From a virus: a stretch of DNA of 64,000 nucleotides. Made by a program: the position numbers and the translations under genes. Location of the stretch: IMG/VR virus record IMGVR_UViG_3300042564_005549, positions 1 to 64,000 of that record; one strand, written 5' to 3'. Positions 8,401 through 18,500 of the stretch are shown here, piece after piece; position 1 is the stretch's first letter, and the number at the start of each line of letters is the position of its first letter. A model generated the notes under the pieces. It was not told the origin of the DNA and searched no databases. It saw nothing but the letters and a program-made list of their open reading frames with translations.

Positions 8401-10323
8401 ATGGCGGCACTTAACATTTCAAATAGAGCAAAAGATTTTGCATATAGAAAAAAATACAATGATTTCTTTTCTCAAGTAGTTAGTGATAATCCTGGTATTA
8501 ATACTAACCAATCTTCGGTTAAACAAGATATTGATAACCAATACAACGCCCTTAGTAGTAAAGAACCTGAAAGTGTCGGTGCAAGTACATCCAAACCAAC
8601 AACAGATGGTGGAATTGTTGGTGGAATTTCGGCGGGATTGAAGGCTATGGGTAGTTCATCTACTCGATATGAACAAGGTGAAAATTTTGGAGTTCAATCC
8701 GGATTAAACGCAATATTCGATTCGACAACGGGAAAATTAAAAACCACCGAAGAAATATTCAAAGGTATTAGAAGTACCATAGGTGAAGGAATTGTCCTTC
8801 AACTAAAACAACAGTCAGAGTTACAAGAAAAAATCAATACAGAGACTGCTATGACCGGACAATTGTCCGAGGATTTTAGAAGTTCAATTACTGAATCATA
8901 TCCAAGTGCAATTAGATTAGGTATTTCTTTTGAAGAACTAGCCACTGCAATTTCTGATATGACAACAGATATGGGTAGGTTTAGACTTTTAAACACCCAA
9001 ACAATGGTCGATGTCCAAGAAACGGGAAAAGTTTATTTTTCTAATATGAGAGAGGCTGGATTGGCCGCAAATGCTTTTTCAAATGTTTCGTTAGGTGCTC
9101 GTGATTCAATGTTAGCAATACAAGAGGCTGGTAAATCATCTTTAGAGTTAGGTTTAAACGCTAGAACTACCACAACAACTTTAGTACAAAATATCGATAA
9201 ATTAAATCAATACGGATTTAAAAATGGTATTAATGGACTTAACAGTATGGTTCAAAAAGCACAACAATTAAAAATGGATATGCAAAGTGTGTTCACACTT
9301 GCTGAGAAGGTTATGGACCCTGAAGGTGCGTTATCATTGGCTGCTAATCTTCAAGCAATTGGAGGTGTTATGGGTAGTTTTAATGACCCAATTAAAATGA
9401 TGTACGATGCAACAAATAATGTTGAAGATTTACAAGATTCATTAATTGGTGCTGCGGAATCTTTAGCAACATACAATAGTGAACAAGGAAGGTTTGAAGT
9501 TACAGGTGCTAATTTGAGAAAAGCACAAGCGATGGCTAAAGAGTTAGGTATATCATACTCTGAATTGACAAAACTTTCAGTACAGGCGGCACAAAGAAGT
9601 TCTGCGGCTGCAGATTTAATGGCTGCGGGATTATCGTTTAATAATGAAGAAGATAAGGAATTCTTAACCAATTTAGCCCAAATGAAAGACGGTAAAATGG
9701 TTATTGAAGTTCCTAAAAATTTACAAGAAAAATTAGGGGCTACTGAGGTTGCGTTAGAAACTATGTCAGAAGACCAAAAGAAAAACTTATTAGCATATAG
9801 AGAAGAATTTAAACAACTATCAACAGAAGATATTGCAAAAAAACAAGTTAGTTTAGTTGAAAATATTAATAGAGATGTTAATTTTTTAGCTGCGGTTGCT
9901 AGAATACAGGCAGGAGGAGTTGGTGAAACCGCGGTAAAGGCTTTAGGATTTGACCCTGCTAAGATTATTAAAGAATCGACAAATTTGTCAAATAAAGCAG
10001 CTGCGGGTATTGAAAAGACTGGAGAATTTTTAAAAGACGGTATTAATAGTGTTTTAAATGTTGAGGGTAGAAAGAAAGCTCAAAGTCAAGCCCAACCTCA
10101 AACTTCACTTGGTGATAAAGCAGCAGAAGCGGAAAAGGCTAAAGCGGAGGCTGAAAAAGCTAAGACACAAACTCAACCATCCAACAATCAACCACAAAAA
10201 ACAGTAAGATTTGAGGTTGTTTCCGATGTTAAAGCAGATGAAATATCGAGGTCTATTATGAGAAATCCTGAAATGGCTAGTCAATTCTTCGATAAGTGGA
10301 ACGATTATACCTCAAATCAATAA
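8401..10323 (+). CDS. tape measure protein
   Basis: 640 aa, Ala/Gln/Leu-rich helical sequence directly after the chaperone locus. Confidence 0.75.
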   Translation: MAALNISNRAKDFAYRKKYNDFFSQVVSDNPGINTNQSSVKQDIDNQYNALSSKEPESVGASTSKPTTDGGIVGGISAGLKAMGSSSTRYEQGENFGVQSGLNAIFDSTTGKLKTTEEIFKGIRSTIGEGIVLQLKQQSELQEKINTETAMTGQLSEDFRSSITESYPSAIRLGISFEELATAISDMTTDMGRFRLLNTQTMVDVQETGKVYFSNMREAGLAANAFSNVSLGARDSMLAIQEAGKSSLELGLNARTTTTTLVQNIDKLNQYGFKNGINGLNSMVQKAQQLKMDMQSVFTLAEKVMDPEGALSLAANLQAIGGVMGSFNDPIKMMYDATNNVEDLQDSLIGAAESLATYNSEQGRFEVTGANLRKAQAMAKELGISYSELTKLSVQAAQRSSAAADLMAAGLSFNNEEDKEFLTNLAQMKDGKMVIEVPKNLQEKLGATEVALETMSEDQKKNLLAYREEFKQLSTEDIAKKQVSLVENINRDVNFLAAVARIQAGGVGETAVKALGFDPAKIIKESTNLSNKAAAGIEKTGEFLKDGINSVLNVEGRKKAQSQAQPQTSLGDKAAEAEKAKAEAEKAKTQTQPSNNQPQKTVRFEVVSDVKADEISRSIMRNPEMASQFFDKWNDYTSNQ

Positions 10324-10367
10324 TTAAATTTTTAACAAACACCTATTTATAGGTAAACAAATATATA

Positions 10368-13300
10368 ATGCCAAGCTACGTAGATTTTGATTCAACTAAA
10401 AGATTTAGGGATTACATATTAGGTAAGAATCTTTCATCACCTAATGGTCCACAAACCTTTAATGCAAGTTCATTTTCAGTTCAAAATCTAAGTGATGTTT
10501 CAGTACCTGATTTAGGTAATGTAGAAACAGAAAGAGACCTTAATTTACCACAAACCCAAAAATTAAACATATTCAAACCTATTGAATATTTTGTTAGGGA
10601 AACTTTAGATAATATTCCAAGGAGAGCTAATTTAGCGTTATATCCTTATTTTAGAGGAGGACAAGACTATAACATTATTAGTATAATGTCAACAAGTAAC
10701 TATGATACTGAATCTGAGTTATTTAAATTTGCCGCTAATAATATTAAAAACAATCCTAACGGACCTGTTTTTGCAAGAATCCAACAAAATTTATATGCTG
10801 CAACTGTTGGTAGAGTAAGATTAATTGATGCGTTACAAGGTAATTCTACAACTGCAATAAATTTAATTACAGGTAGAGAACCATTAGTTGAATATAATAA
10901 CAAGATAACAGTTGCAAAAACATTGGCGGGTAAAGCTGTTGATTTTTTACAAACAGTTTCAGGTGTTGAATTTCCTTTTAGTGAAGTACCGGGTGATTAT
11001 TTAACCAACCCAAGAAATCCTGTAAATGTAAGACCTGTTGCACAGAATGAAGCACAAGCGATACTGCAAGATGTTACAGGTGCTATTGGTTCGTTGATTG
11101 GAATAGAAAGAAGACCAAAGGCATCAAGAAAACCTTCAGATTTATTCATTGAATATATGGGTGAAGGTCAAAGACAAAGATTATATGATTTATTATCATA
11201 TTCAAAATATGCACCAAATTACACAACAACCGCGAGGTCTCAACAATCGTCTAAAATATTTTCATTTGTTGATAAAGTTGCGTCAGGTGTAAAAAACTTA
11301 TTAGGGTTAGAAGCACCAAAAGGACAAGCATACATTGGTGATGACAGAGGTAATGACGTTAAGTACGCAATGAATGATTTTAACGACAGACCTGTAAGAA
11401 GTAGTTTTTATTTATCATCAATGTTTGACCCAATTCAAGCGGGTTTATTTGAACGTAAAAGAAATATTACAGAAGGTGGACCAATTGCGGGTAAGTTAAC
11501 TTGGATTAGTCAAAAATCAACAAATAGAATCGGTGCAAATAATAAAGAATTTGCAACCGAACAATCACAATACACGGGAACCCTATCAACAAATTTTAGA
11601 TTTAGAGATGATTCTATTTTAGGAGTTACACAAGATTTACTTAACACATTACCATTTAATGGTGGTGAACAAAAGAGACACGTTGCGAATGTTATTGACC
11701 AAACAAGTAGAGTCTTTAGAGATGGTAACGTTACTATGTCAAGAGGTTCTAATGTGAAGTATGTTAATATGTATTCGGGTGAAGAGAGTGGTGTTGAATA
11801 TTGTAGAGTATGGACCAAAGATAGGTCACATATGAACTATTCCGACACAATGAAAAGAACTGGTCTTATTAGAAAATATAATTCTTCAGTTTTATCAACA
11901 CCGTACAATTTAAACATATATCCAAATTCAGACGGTAAATCATCATTTGATGGTTCAACAAATATCGTTAAAGGTAATGGTGGATTTTATGCTAAGAAAT
12001 ATATGTTCTCAATTGAGAACCTTGCTTGGAAAACATCTAACATACCGGGTTTTACTTACAATGATTTACCTTATTGTGAAAGAGGACCAAATGGTGGTCG
12101 TGTTATGTGGTTTCCACCATATGATTTAAAAGTTAGTGAACAAAATAGTGCTAAATGGGAAGAGAATACTTTCTTAGGTAGACCTGAACCAATTTACACA
12201 TATCAAAACACAACAAGAAATGGTAGTGTGTCATTCAAAATTGTTGTTGACCACCCAAGTATTTTAAATTTATTAGTTAGAGAACACTTCAAAGGAATGT
12301 CTGATGAAGAAGCTGACAACTATATTCACGCATTTTTTGCGGGTTGTGAAGATTTAGATTTCTATTCATTGATTAGAAAATACACAACACTTGAACAAAG
12401 TGATATTCAGAAAATTCAAGCATACCTATCATATTCAACTGACCCTAAAGTTATTGAGAAAGTTAAAACAATTACAGACCCGGTTAAGGATTTAACCGTA
12501 CCACAAGTACCAGGTTCAACACCAACTAAAGGAGGTACTTCTGAAAATAATACAGCAGGAGGACCAATTGCTAAAAAGTTTATGTTATTTTTCAAAAATG
12601 ACTTTCCAAAGAAGGATGACAAAAATGAATTAGATGGTTTAAAATATGGAACATTATATGAATCATATAATAGAAGTCAATATATCGATGAATTAACTCA
12701 AGGTTTATTAACAAACGATGATGCGTTATTCAACCCAAGTCACGCTTGGGGACCAAAGAGTCAAAACGATTATAAAATATTATACGGAGAAGAAAGTAAA
12801 ACAAGACCTGATAACGCTAAAATTGCGGAACTAACAGGTAAAACAATATCAGAAATTAATAAAGGTTTTGATACACTTGATGTTACTTATAGTGGATTCA
12901 CACAACAAGTTACTGAACTAAAAGGTTTATTAAAAGATAAAAAAGTACAAACAATAAAATTATCAATTCAAGCATCAACATCTTTTGTCGCTGATGATAC
13001 GTATAATTTGAAATTATCATACAGAAGAAGTTCAAGTATTATAAAACAATTTTTAGAAGGGGTTGCCGGAGAAGGTGCTAAACCTGAAAAATTAAAAGTT
13101 AATTGGAAAACATCTGCGGTTAATGAAAAGGACAAAGCAAAGACCGAAACTTTAGACGCTATTAGTTTTAGAGATTTAGGTTATGATTATGATGGTGAAA
13201 TTAGATTTAATTTTATTGCTAATAGAGGTGAACAATTCACTGCACAAGTTTCTCCCGATAAGAATCTTAATTGCCATAATCTTGAAATAAAAAGTAACCT

Positions 13301-15188
13301 TAAATTAAAACGTACCGCACCTGTAACATTTTATTGTAGAGAGGCAACTCTTGGTGTTGAGTATTCAACAAAACCAGCGGAGAACCCAACACCAACACCT
13401 CCACCGCCAGGAATTATTCCAAACATTACTATTCCAACGGTAAATGTTATACCGGTTATTGAACAAGGTAAAAAAGAACAACCACCACTTGACGAATTAA
13501 AAAGAATTATAATGAAGACTTTGGGTGAATGTTATTACTTCAAACAATTAGAAGAAACATCACCTATAGCATTTAGTTCATTAAAAGAGAAATTAAAATA
13601 TTTTCATCCGGGATTCCACTCAACAACTCCTGAAGGATTAAACGCACGTTTAACTTTCGTACAACAATGTATTAGACCGGGAGATACTATTCCTATTAAA
13701 GGAATAAATGATGAGACGGATTTACCTGCGAGAAATACAACATTCGGACCACCACCAATTTGTATTATGAGAATTGGTGATTTTTACCATTCTAAAATTA
13801 TTATTAGAGACGTAAACATTGCGTTCGAGAACTCAACTTGGGACCTAAACCCCGAAGGAATTGGTATTCAACCAATGATTGCCGACGTAACGCTACAAGT
13901 TAGTTTTATTGGTGGTCACGGAATGGAGAAACCTGTTGAAAGATTACAAAACGCTTTATCATCAAACTTCTATGCAAATACTGAAGTATATGATTACAGA
14001 GCAACCGCAACAGAAGATAGAAGAAAGTTCAATAAAGAAGAACTTGAAAAACTATCAGGTATCAGAACACCAAATCCAACAACGTTGGCTCCAATACCCC
14101 CAAGTCCTGAAAGTGCGAACAATGTGAGTAGAGGACAATATCTCGGTGAAATATCGGGTAAAACCTTAAATTATGATAAATTGATAAAGAATGTGTTTAC
14201 CTACACAACAATTTATTATGATACCTACGACCAAGCGATTAAAAGTATTACTAAAAAATATGGTAATAAAATTGCAAGTGTATTCTTTTCACCAACATAT
14301 AGAGAAGTTAAAGATTATGTAATTAAAAAGGTTGATAATAGTAACAATGTTACAGATTTAACTGTACAATTATTTGGACAACATAAAAGTCCTTCAAAAT
14401 TAACAAACAATACCATTTCAGTATTTAGAATTAAAATGAAGGATAAACTTGCAAGTACAAATATTACAACGATGTTTGGAATTGACGAAGTTTTAAATAA
14501 ACCATTAACTGATTATACTGAAACATATTTAAAACCAATTATTGCAGATGAATTAAACAAAGTATTACAGGAAGCTGCGGAAGATAAAACGGCAATTGAG
14601 TTAGAATCTAAGAGAAATCAATTAATTGACAACTTAGATAAACTTAGTTATGTTATTAGTACAACTCACGATGGTAAAATTTTAGAAGGTAACGTATTTT
14701 CAGGAGCAACGTTCGATTATGCATCACCAACAGGTTTTACCAAAAACAAGATTTATAGTCAATATGAAAAATGTGTTGATTATATCCAAAAGTATGACCA
14801 AGTAATGTTAGCGGATATTGATAGTTCATTAGTTTTCGGTAGAGAAATGACATTAAGTGACGATAACTTTAAAGAATTTGTTAGTTTATTATTATTTAGT
14901 AAAAAACAAGTTCTTTTAGATACACTAACCAAAAAAGATTCCGTAAATTTTAATGAAGGGGTAATAAAAACTATTGACAAGAAACTAACTAAGTTTTTTG
15001 TGGAACCAAAAGTGATAAATGTTAAACTTGGAAAATATCCAGAACCCAAAAATACGAACAAAGTTGAATTCCAAATAGTTAACGAAGATTTTGTAATCAC
15101 AGGGGAGGATAAATCTAATTTAATAAAACTACATTCCGCAGATACAAGATTAGGGGATAAATTAAACTACTATAGAAAGAAAAAATGA
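10368..15188 (+). CDS. large baseplate/tail-tube-initiator-like structural protein
   Basis: 1606 aa. FLGRPEPIYTYQNTTR and PPICIMRIGDFY segments resemble tube-initiator (gp48/54-like) folds. Follows the tape measure. Confidence 0.55.
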   Translation: MPSYVDFDSTKRFRDYILGKNLSSPNGPQTFNASSFSVQNLSDVSVPDLGNVETERDLNLPQTQKLNIFKPIEYFVRETLDNIPRRANLALYPYFRGGQDYNIISIMSTSNYDTESELFKFAANNIKNNPNGPVFARIQQNLYAATVGRVRLIDALQGNSTTAINLITGREPLVEYNNKITVAKTLAGKAVDFLQTVSGVEFPFSEVPGDYLTNPRNPVNVRPVAQNEAQAILQDVTGAIGSLIGIERRPKASRKPSDLFIEYMGEGQRQRLYDLLSYSKYAPNYTTTARSQQSSKIFSFVDKVASGVKNLLGLEAPKGQAYIGDDRGNDVKYAMNDFNDRPVRSSFYLSSMFDPIQAGLFERKRNITEGGPIAGKLTWISQKSTNRIGANNKEFATEQSQYTGTLSTNFRFRDDSILGVTQDLLNTLPFNGGEQKRHVANVIDQTSRVFRDGNVTMSRGSNVKYVNMYSGEESGVEYCRVWTKDRSHMNYSDTMKRTGLIRKYNSSVLSTPYNLNIYPNSDGKSSFDGSTNIVKGNGGFYAKKYMFSIENLAWKTSNIPGFTYNDLPYCERGPNGGRVMWFPPYDLKVSEQNSAKWEENTFLGRPEPIYTYQNTTRNGSVSFKIVVDHPSILNLLVREHFKGMSDEEADNYIHAFFAGCEDLDFYSLIRKYTTLEQSDIQKIQAYLSYSTDPKVIEKVKTITDPVKDLTVPQVPGSTPTKGGTSENNTAGGPIAKKFMLFFKNDFPKKDDKNELDGLKYGTLYESYNRSQYIDELTQGLLTNDDALFNPSHAWGPKSQNDYKILYGEESKTRPDNAKIAELTGKTISEINKGFDTLDVTYSGFTQQVTELKGLLKDKKVQTIKLSIQASTSFVADDTYNLKLSYRRSSSIIKQFLEGVAGEGAKPEKLKVNWKTSAVNEKDKAKTETLDAISFRDLGYDYDGEIRFNFIANRGEQFTAQVSPDKNLNCHNLEIKSNLKLKRTAPVTFYCREATLGVEYSTKPAENPTPTPPPPGIIPNITIPTVNVIPVIEQGKKEQPPLDELKRIIMKTLGECYYFKQLEETSPIAFSSLKEKLKYFHPGFHSTTPEGLNARLTFVQQCIRPGDTIPIKGINDETDLPARNTTFGPPPICIMRIGDFYHSKIIIRDVNIAFENSTWDLNPEGIGIQPMIADVTLQVSFIGGHGMEKPVERLQNALSSNFYANTEVYDYRATATEDRRKFNKEELEKLSGIRTPNPTTLAPIPPSPESANNVSRGQYLGEISGKTLNYDKLIKNVFTYTTIYYDTYDQAIKSITKKYGNKIASVFFSPTYREVKDYVIKKVDNSNNVTDLTVQLFGQHKSPSKLTNNTISVFRIKMKDKLASTNITTMFGIDEVLNKPLTDYTETYLKPIIADELNKVLQEAAEDKTAIELESKRNQLIDNLDKLSYVISTTHDGKILEGNVFSGATFDYASPTGFTKNKIYSQYEKCVDYIQKYDQVMLADIDSSLVFGREMTLSDDNFKEFVSLLLFSKKQVLLDTLTKKDSVNFNEGVIKTIDKKLTKFFVEPKVINVKLGKYPEPKNTNKVEFQIVNEDFVITGEDKSNLIKLHSADTRLGDKLNYYRKKK

Positions 15189-15508
15189 GTAACCAATATT
15201 TTGATAGATACCAATATTTTATAGACGACGGTAGTTTTAAGATAGTACCCGGCATTGAAATACCAATTAAGTCTACGGACAAATACTTTCAATATAAAAA
15301 AGGTAAGGATAGACTTGATAAAGCGTCACAGGAATATTATGGAACACCGTATTTTGGTTGGTTAATTATGTTAGCGAACCCAATGGCGGGTAGTGTTGAA
15401 TTTGAAATTCAAGATAATTTTATAATTAGAGTTCCATTTCCATTAGTAACGACTTTACAAGACTATAAAAGAGGAATAGAATTGTATAAGTTATACTATG
15501 GCGAGTAA
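15185..15508 (+). CDS. LysM-like baseplate wedge protein (gp53/gpX-like)
   Basis: KDRLDKASQEYYGTPYFGWLIMLANP...IIRVP. Confidence 0.75.
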   Translation: MSNQYFDRYQYFIDDGSFKIVPGIEIPIKSTDKYFQYKKGKDRLDKASQEYYGTPYFGWLIMLANPMAGSVEFEIQDNFIIRVPFPLVTTLQDYKRGIELYKLYYGE

Positions 15509-18500
15509 AAAAGGAAACACAAACGATATATTAGTTAAGGTCGACCAAAACAATTTAATGTACATCGACCCTAATAGTGTCGTATCTGATGGTCAGGTTT
15601 TAATGAGAGAAAGTAAACCTGAAGAACTTGTTATGTATGTTAACTTGGAAGCGGATTTAATTCCAAGAACCACATTAGTAACAGGTAACGAAGCCAGTAC
15701 TCTAACCTCAATAGCTAAAGGTACATTTAATTTAATGCGAAATGCGGAAGGTAGAGACTTTGATTCTAAATGGACTGATGCCTATACTGAGTATGACCAA
15801 AAAACAAAAAAAGATAAAGACGGAAATCAAATACCAACCGGTCAATTTTATCAATTTGATAGTACCGCACAAAGTTTTGGTATTGATAGTATAAGTATTC
15901 AAATTCAAGGTGTGAATGTTATTCCACAAGTCAATATTAAATTTATTGATGTTAGGGGTAAAACATTATTTGAATCACCTGAAAATTCCCCATATAAAGC
16001 ATTCTTCCATTTACCTTGGCCAATATTTTATTTAACTATAAAAGGTTTTTATGGAAAGGCAATTAGATACAGACTTCACTTAGTAAAATTCAACTCAAGG
16101 TTTAACTCTGGAAATGGTAACTTCGAAGTTGACACAACTTTTGTTGGTTCAACATATGCTTATTTAAATGACATTCCATTGGATGGAATAATGGAAGCAC
16201 CGTATATGTTCCCAATTGAAAGTATCAAAGACGGTAAGTTCAATGAGAAGACAAAAAAATATGAAAAGGTAATTAAAAAAACAAGTAGAGGTTTAACAGT
16301 ATTAAAATCAGTTTATTCTGAGTATAGACAAAAAGGATTACTACCAAAAACATTTCCCGATAAAACACTTAGGGAAGTGATAAAGATTGCACAAAGGTTA
16401 GAAACAATATTGGAAGAAGAAATTTTTTCAAAAACCGCTGACCCTAAAGTATTAAATGGTATTCGTGAATTCGATAACATATTAAAGAACTTTGAAAAGG
16501 CTTTAGTTTCTTGGAAGTCAAAAAATTTAAGTGCAGAATTTTTTAGAAAAGAACCAAATGAAAGTATAGAATGGAACGTACTTTTGGAAAAAAGTAAACC
16601 AGCAACCAGTTTAGCAACATTAACGGGTTCAACACCAGGTACTTTAGAACTCTTGATTAAAACAAATATCCAATCAATGGATAATAATCAGGCGTTTGGT
16701 AAAAATAGAGACGTTAAATTATTAAAAGATAAAACGATTAACACGAGAACAATTTCAGGAGACGCTTTACTTAACTTAAAGAATTTCTATAAAGTTGACT
16801 CTAAGATTGGTGTTGATATTAATGGTATGTTACAAACATTGTACACCATTCAAAAAGATTATATCGAAGAAAGAAACAAACTTGAACAACTGATTGAGAA
16901 AAAAATGAACGATATCATCAAACGAAGAGATATCGGAATTGGGTTTGAACCCACAATTCGAAATGTTGTTGGTTTAATTTTAGCAAACGCAGACACATAT
17001 ATTCGTTTATTAAAAGATACACATTATAAAGCATTCCAAGTTGCCGAACAAAGGAAAGATATTTTAAATTCAGTATCGACAGATAGTGTTGGCGAATCTA
17101 TATATCCTTGGCCGGAAGTTAAAAAACCTGCAACAGGTAAAAAACAAAACGTTTTAGAATATCCGGGTTCATTTGAAATGGCAAAGAAATTACAGAGCTA
17201 TGATAAGAAATTATGGCCTGAAGTTGATTTTGTTGAAAACTATCACGCAGTCTCAACAAAGAAAATTGAACCCAACGATTCAAATGAGAATGGTCCCGAT
17301 TTAATTGATTATACCACCAACAATGATTCTGAATCATTACAGAAACGAGACATTAGTATGTTAACGTATCTGAATGGTGCAATTCCATATGACGATAAAT
17401 CAATATCGTCAATTTTATATGAGATATGGGAAAGAGCAACGTATGTAACAACTATTGATTCATTTAATAATAATACGATTCAAGAATTAGCATTATTAGA
17501 ATTCGACAACATTAAAAATAGAGTTGCTGAAGATTTTGATATTATTGAGGTTTTAAAAACATCAGTAAGAAATACTGAAGAGCTAAAAAAATATATGTTA
17601 GGTTTTTCTGCATATGAAAGATACCCATATTATGAAGACCAACTTCCAACTATTCCTTACATTAGAGAATCTTTGGAATCTGATTTCAAAATTGAGAAAT
17701 ATGTACCGAAAAACAAATCATTATCAAACAACAGGTACTACCCTAATTTAGCTCAAAATTTAATTAATTATATTGGAGAGGAATATAGAGTAAATCTTTA
17801 TCCATTCAATTCAACAGAATATAGTAATTTCTTATCACCATCTGGTTACACAAAAAATCAGATACACCTAAAAGGTATGGTAAGATTAAACACAACTGAA
17901 GATTTTATTTCATCACCAATCGAACCCGAAATGTGGGTGTGGTCGGATGAAGTTGAATATGTTGTTGACATATCAGGAAGTACAGGAAGAAATACGAGAA
18001 AAGGTAGAAACTTATTTGACAATCATATTAGTTTCGATACCATCGATTATCAAGGTGCACCAACCACCGAATTAAGAATGATGATTAATACTCCGTATTT
18101 CCATAAACAATTATATAACGACTATCAAAATAGAAAATCTAAGGGAAGATTTGCAGGTTCTGCTTACTTACTTTTAAACCAATTAAATTTCAAAGATTTA
18201 TCACATCAATTAACTGATAAGGTAAATCAAATTTTACAGGCAGTATCTCACATTCCACAAGATGGTGTATTAATGTCTTCAATGTTTAGAGAACTTGGAG
18301 CATCACACTATGTTCCGTATCATTTAGTACTAAAATGGGGAGCATTGTATCATAGATACAAAAGACATATATTAGAAGGTGTTGATATTTTATCAGGTAT
18401 CACAGAACCTATTAACACAAAGTTATTTTATGACCTTAATTTAGATAGAACATATACTTTGCCATTTACAGGTAGACAAGGAACCACAAGTATTAATATC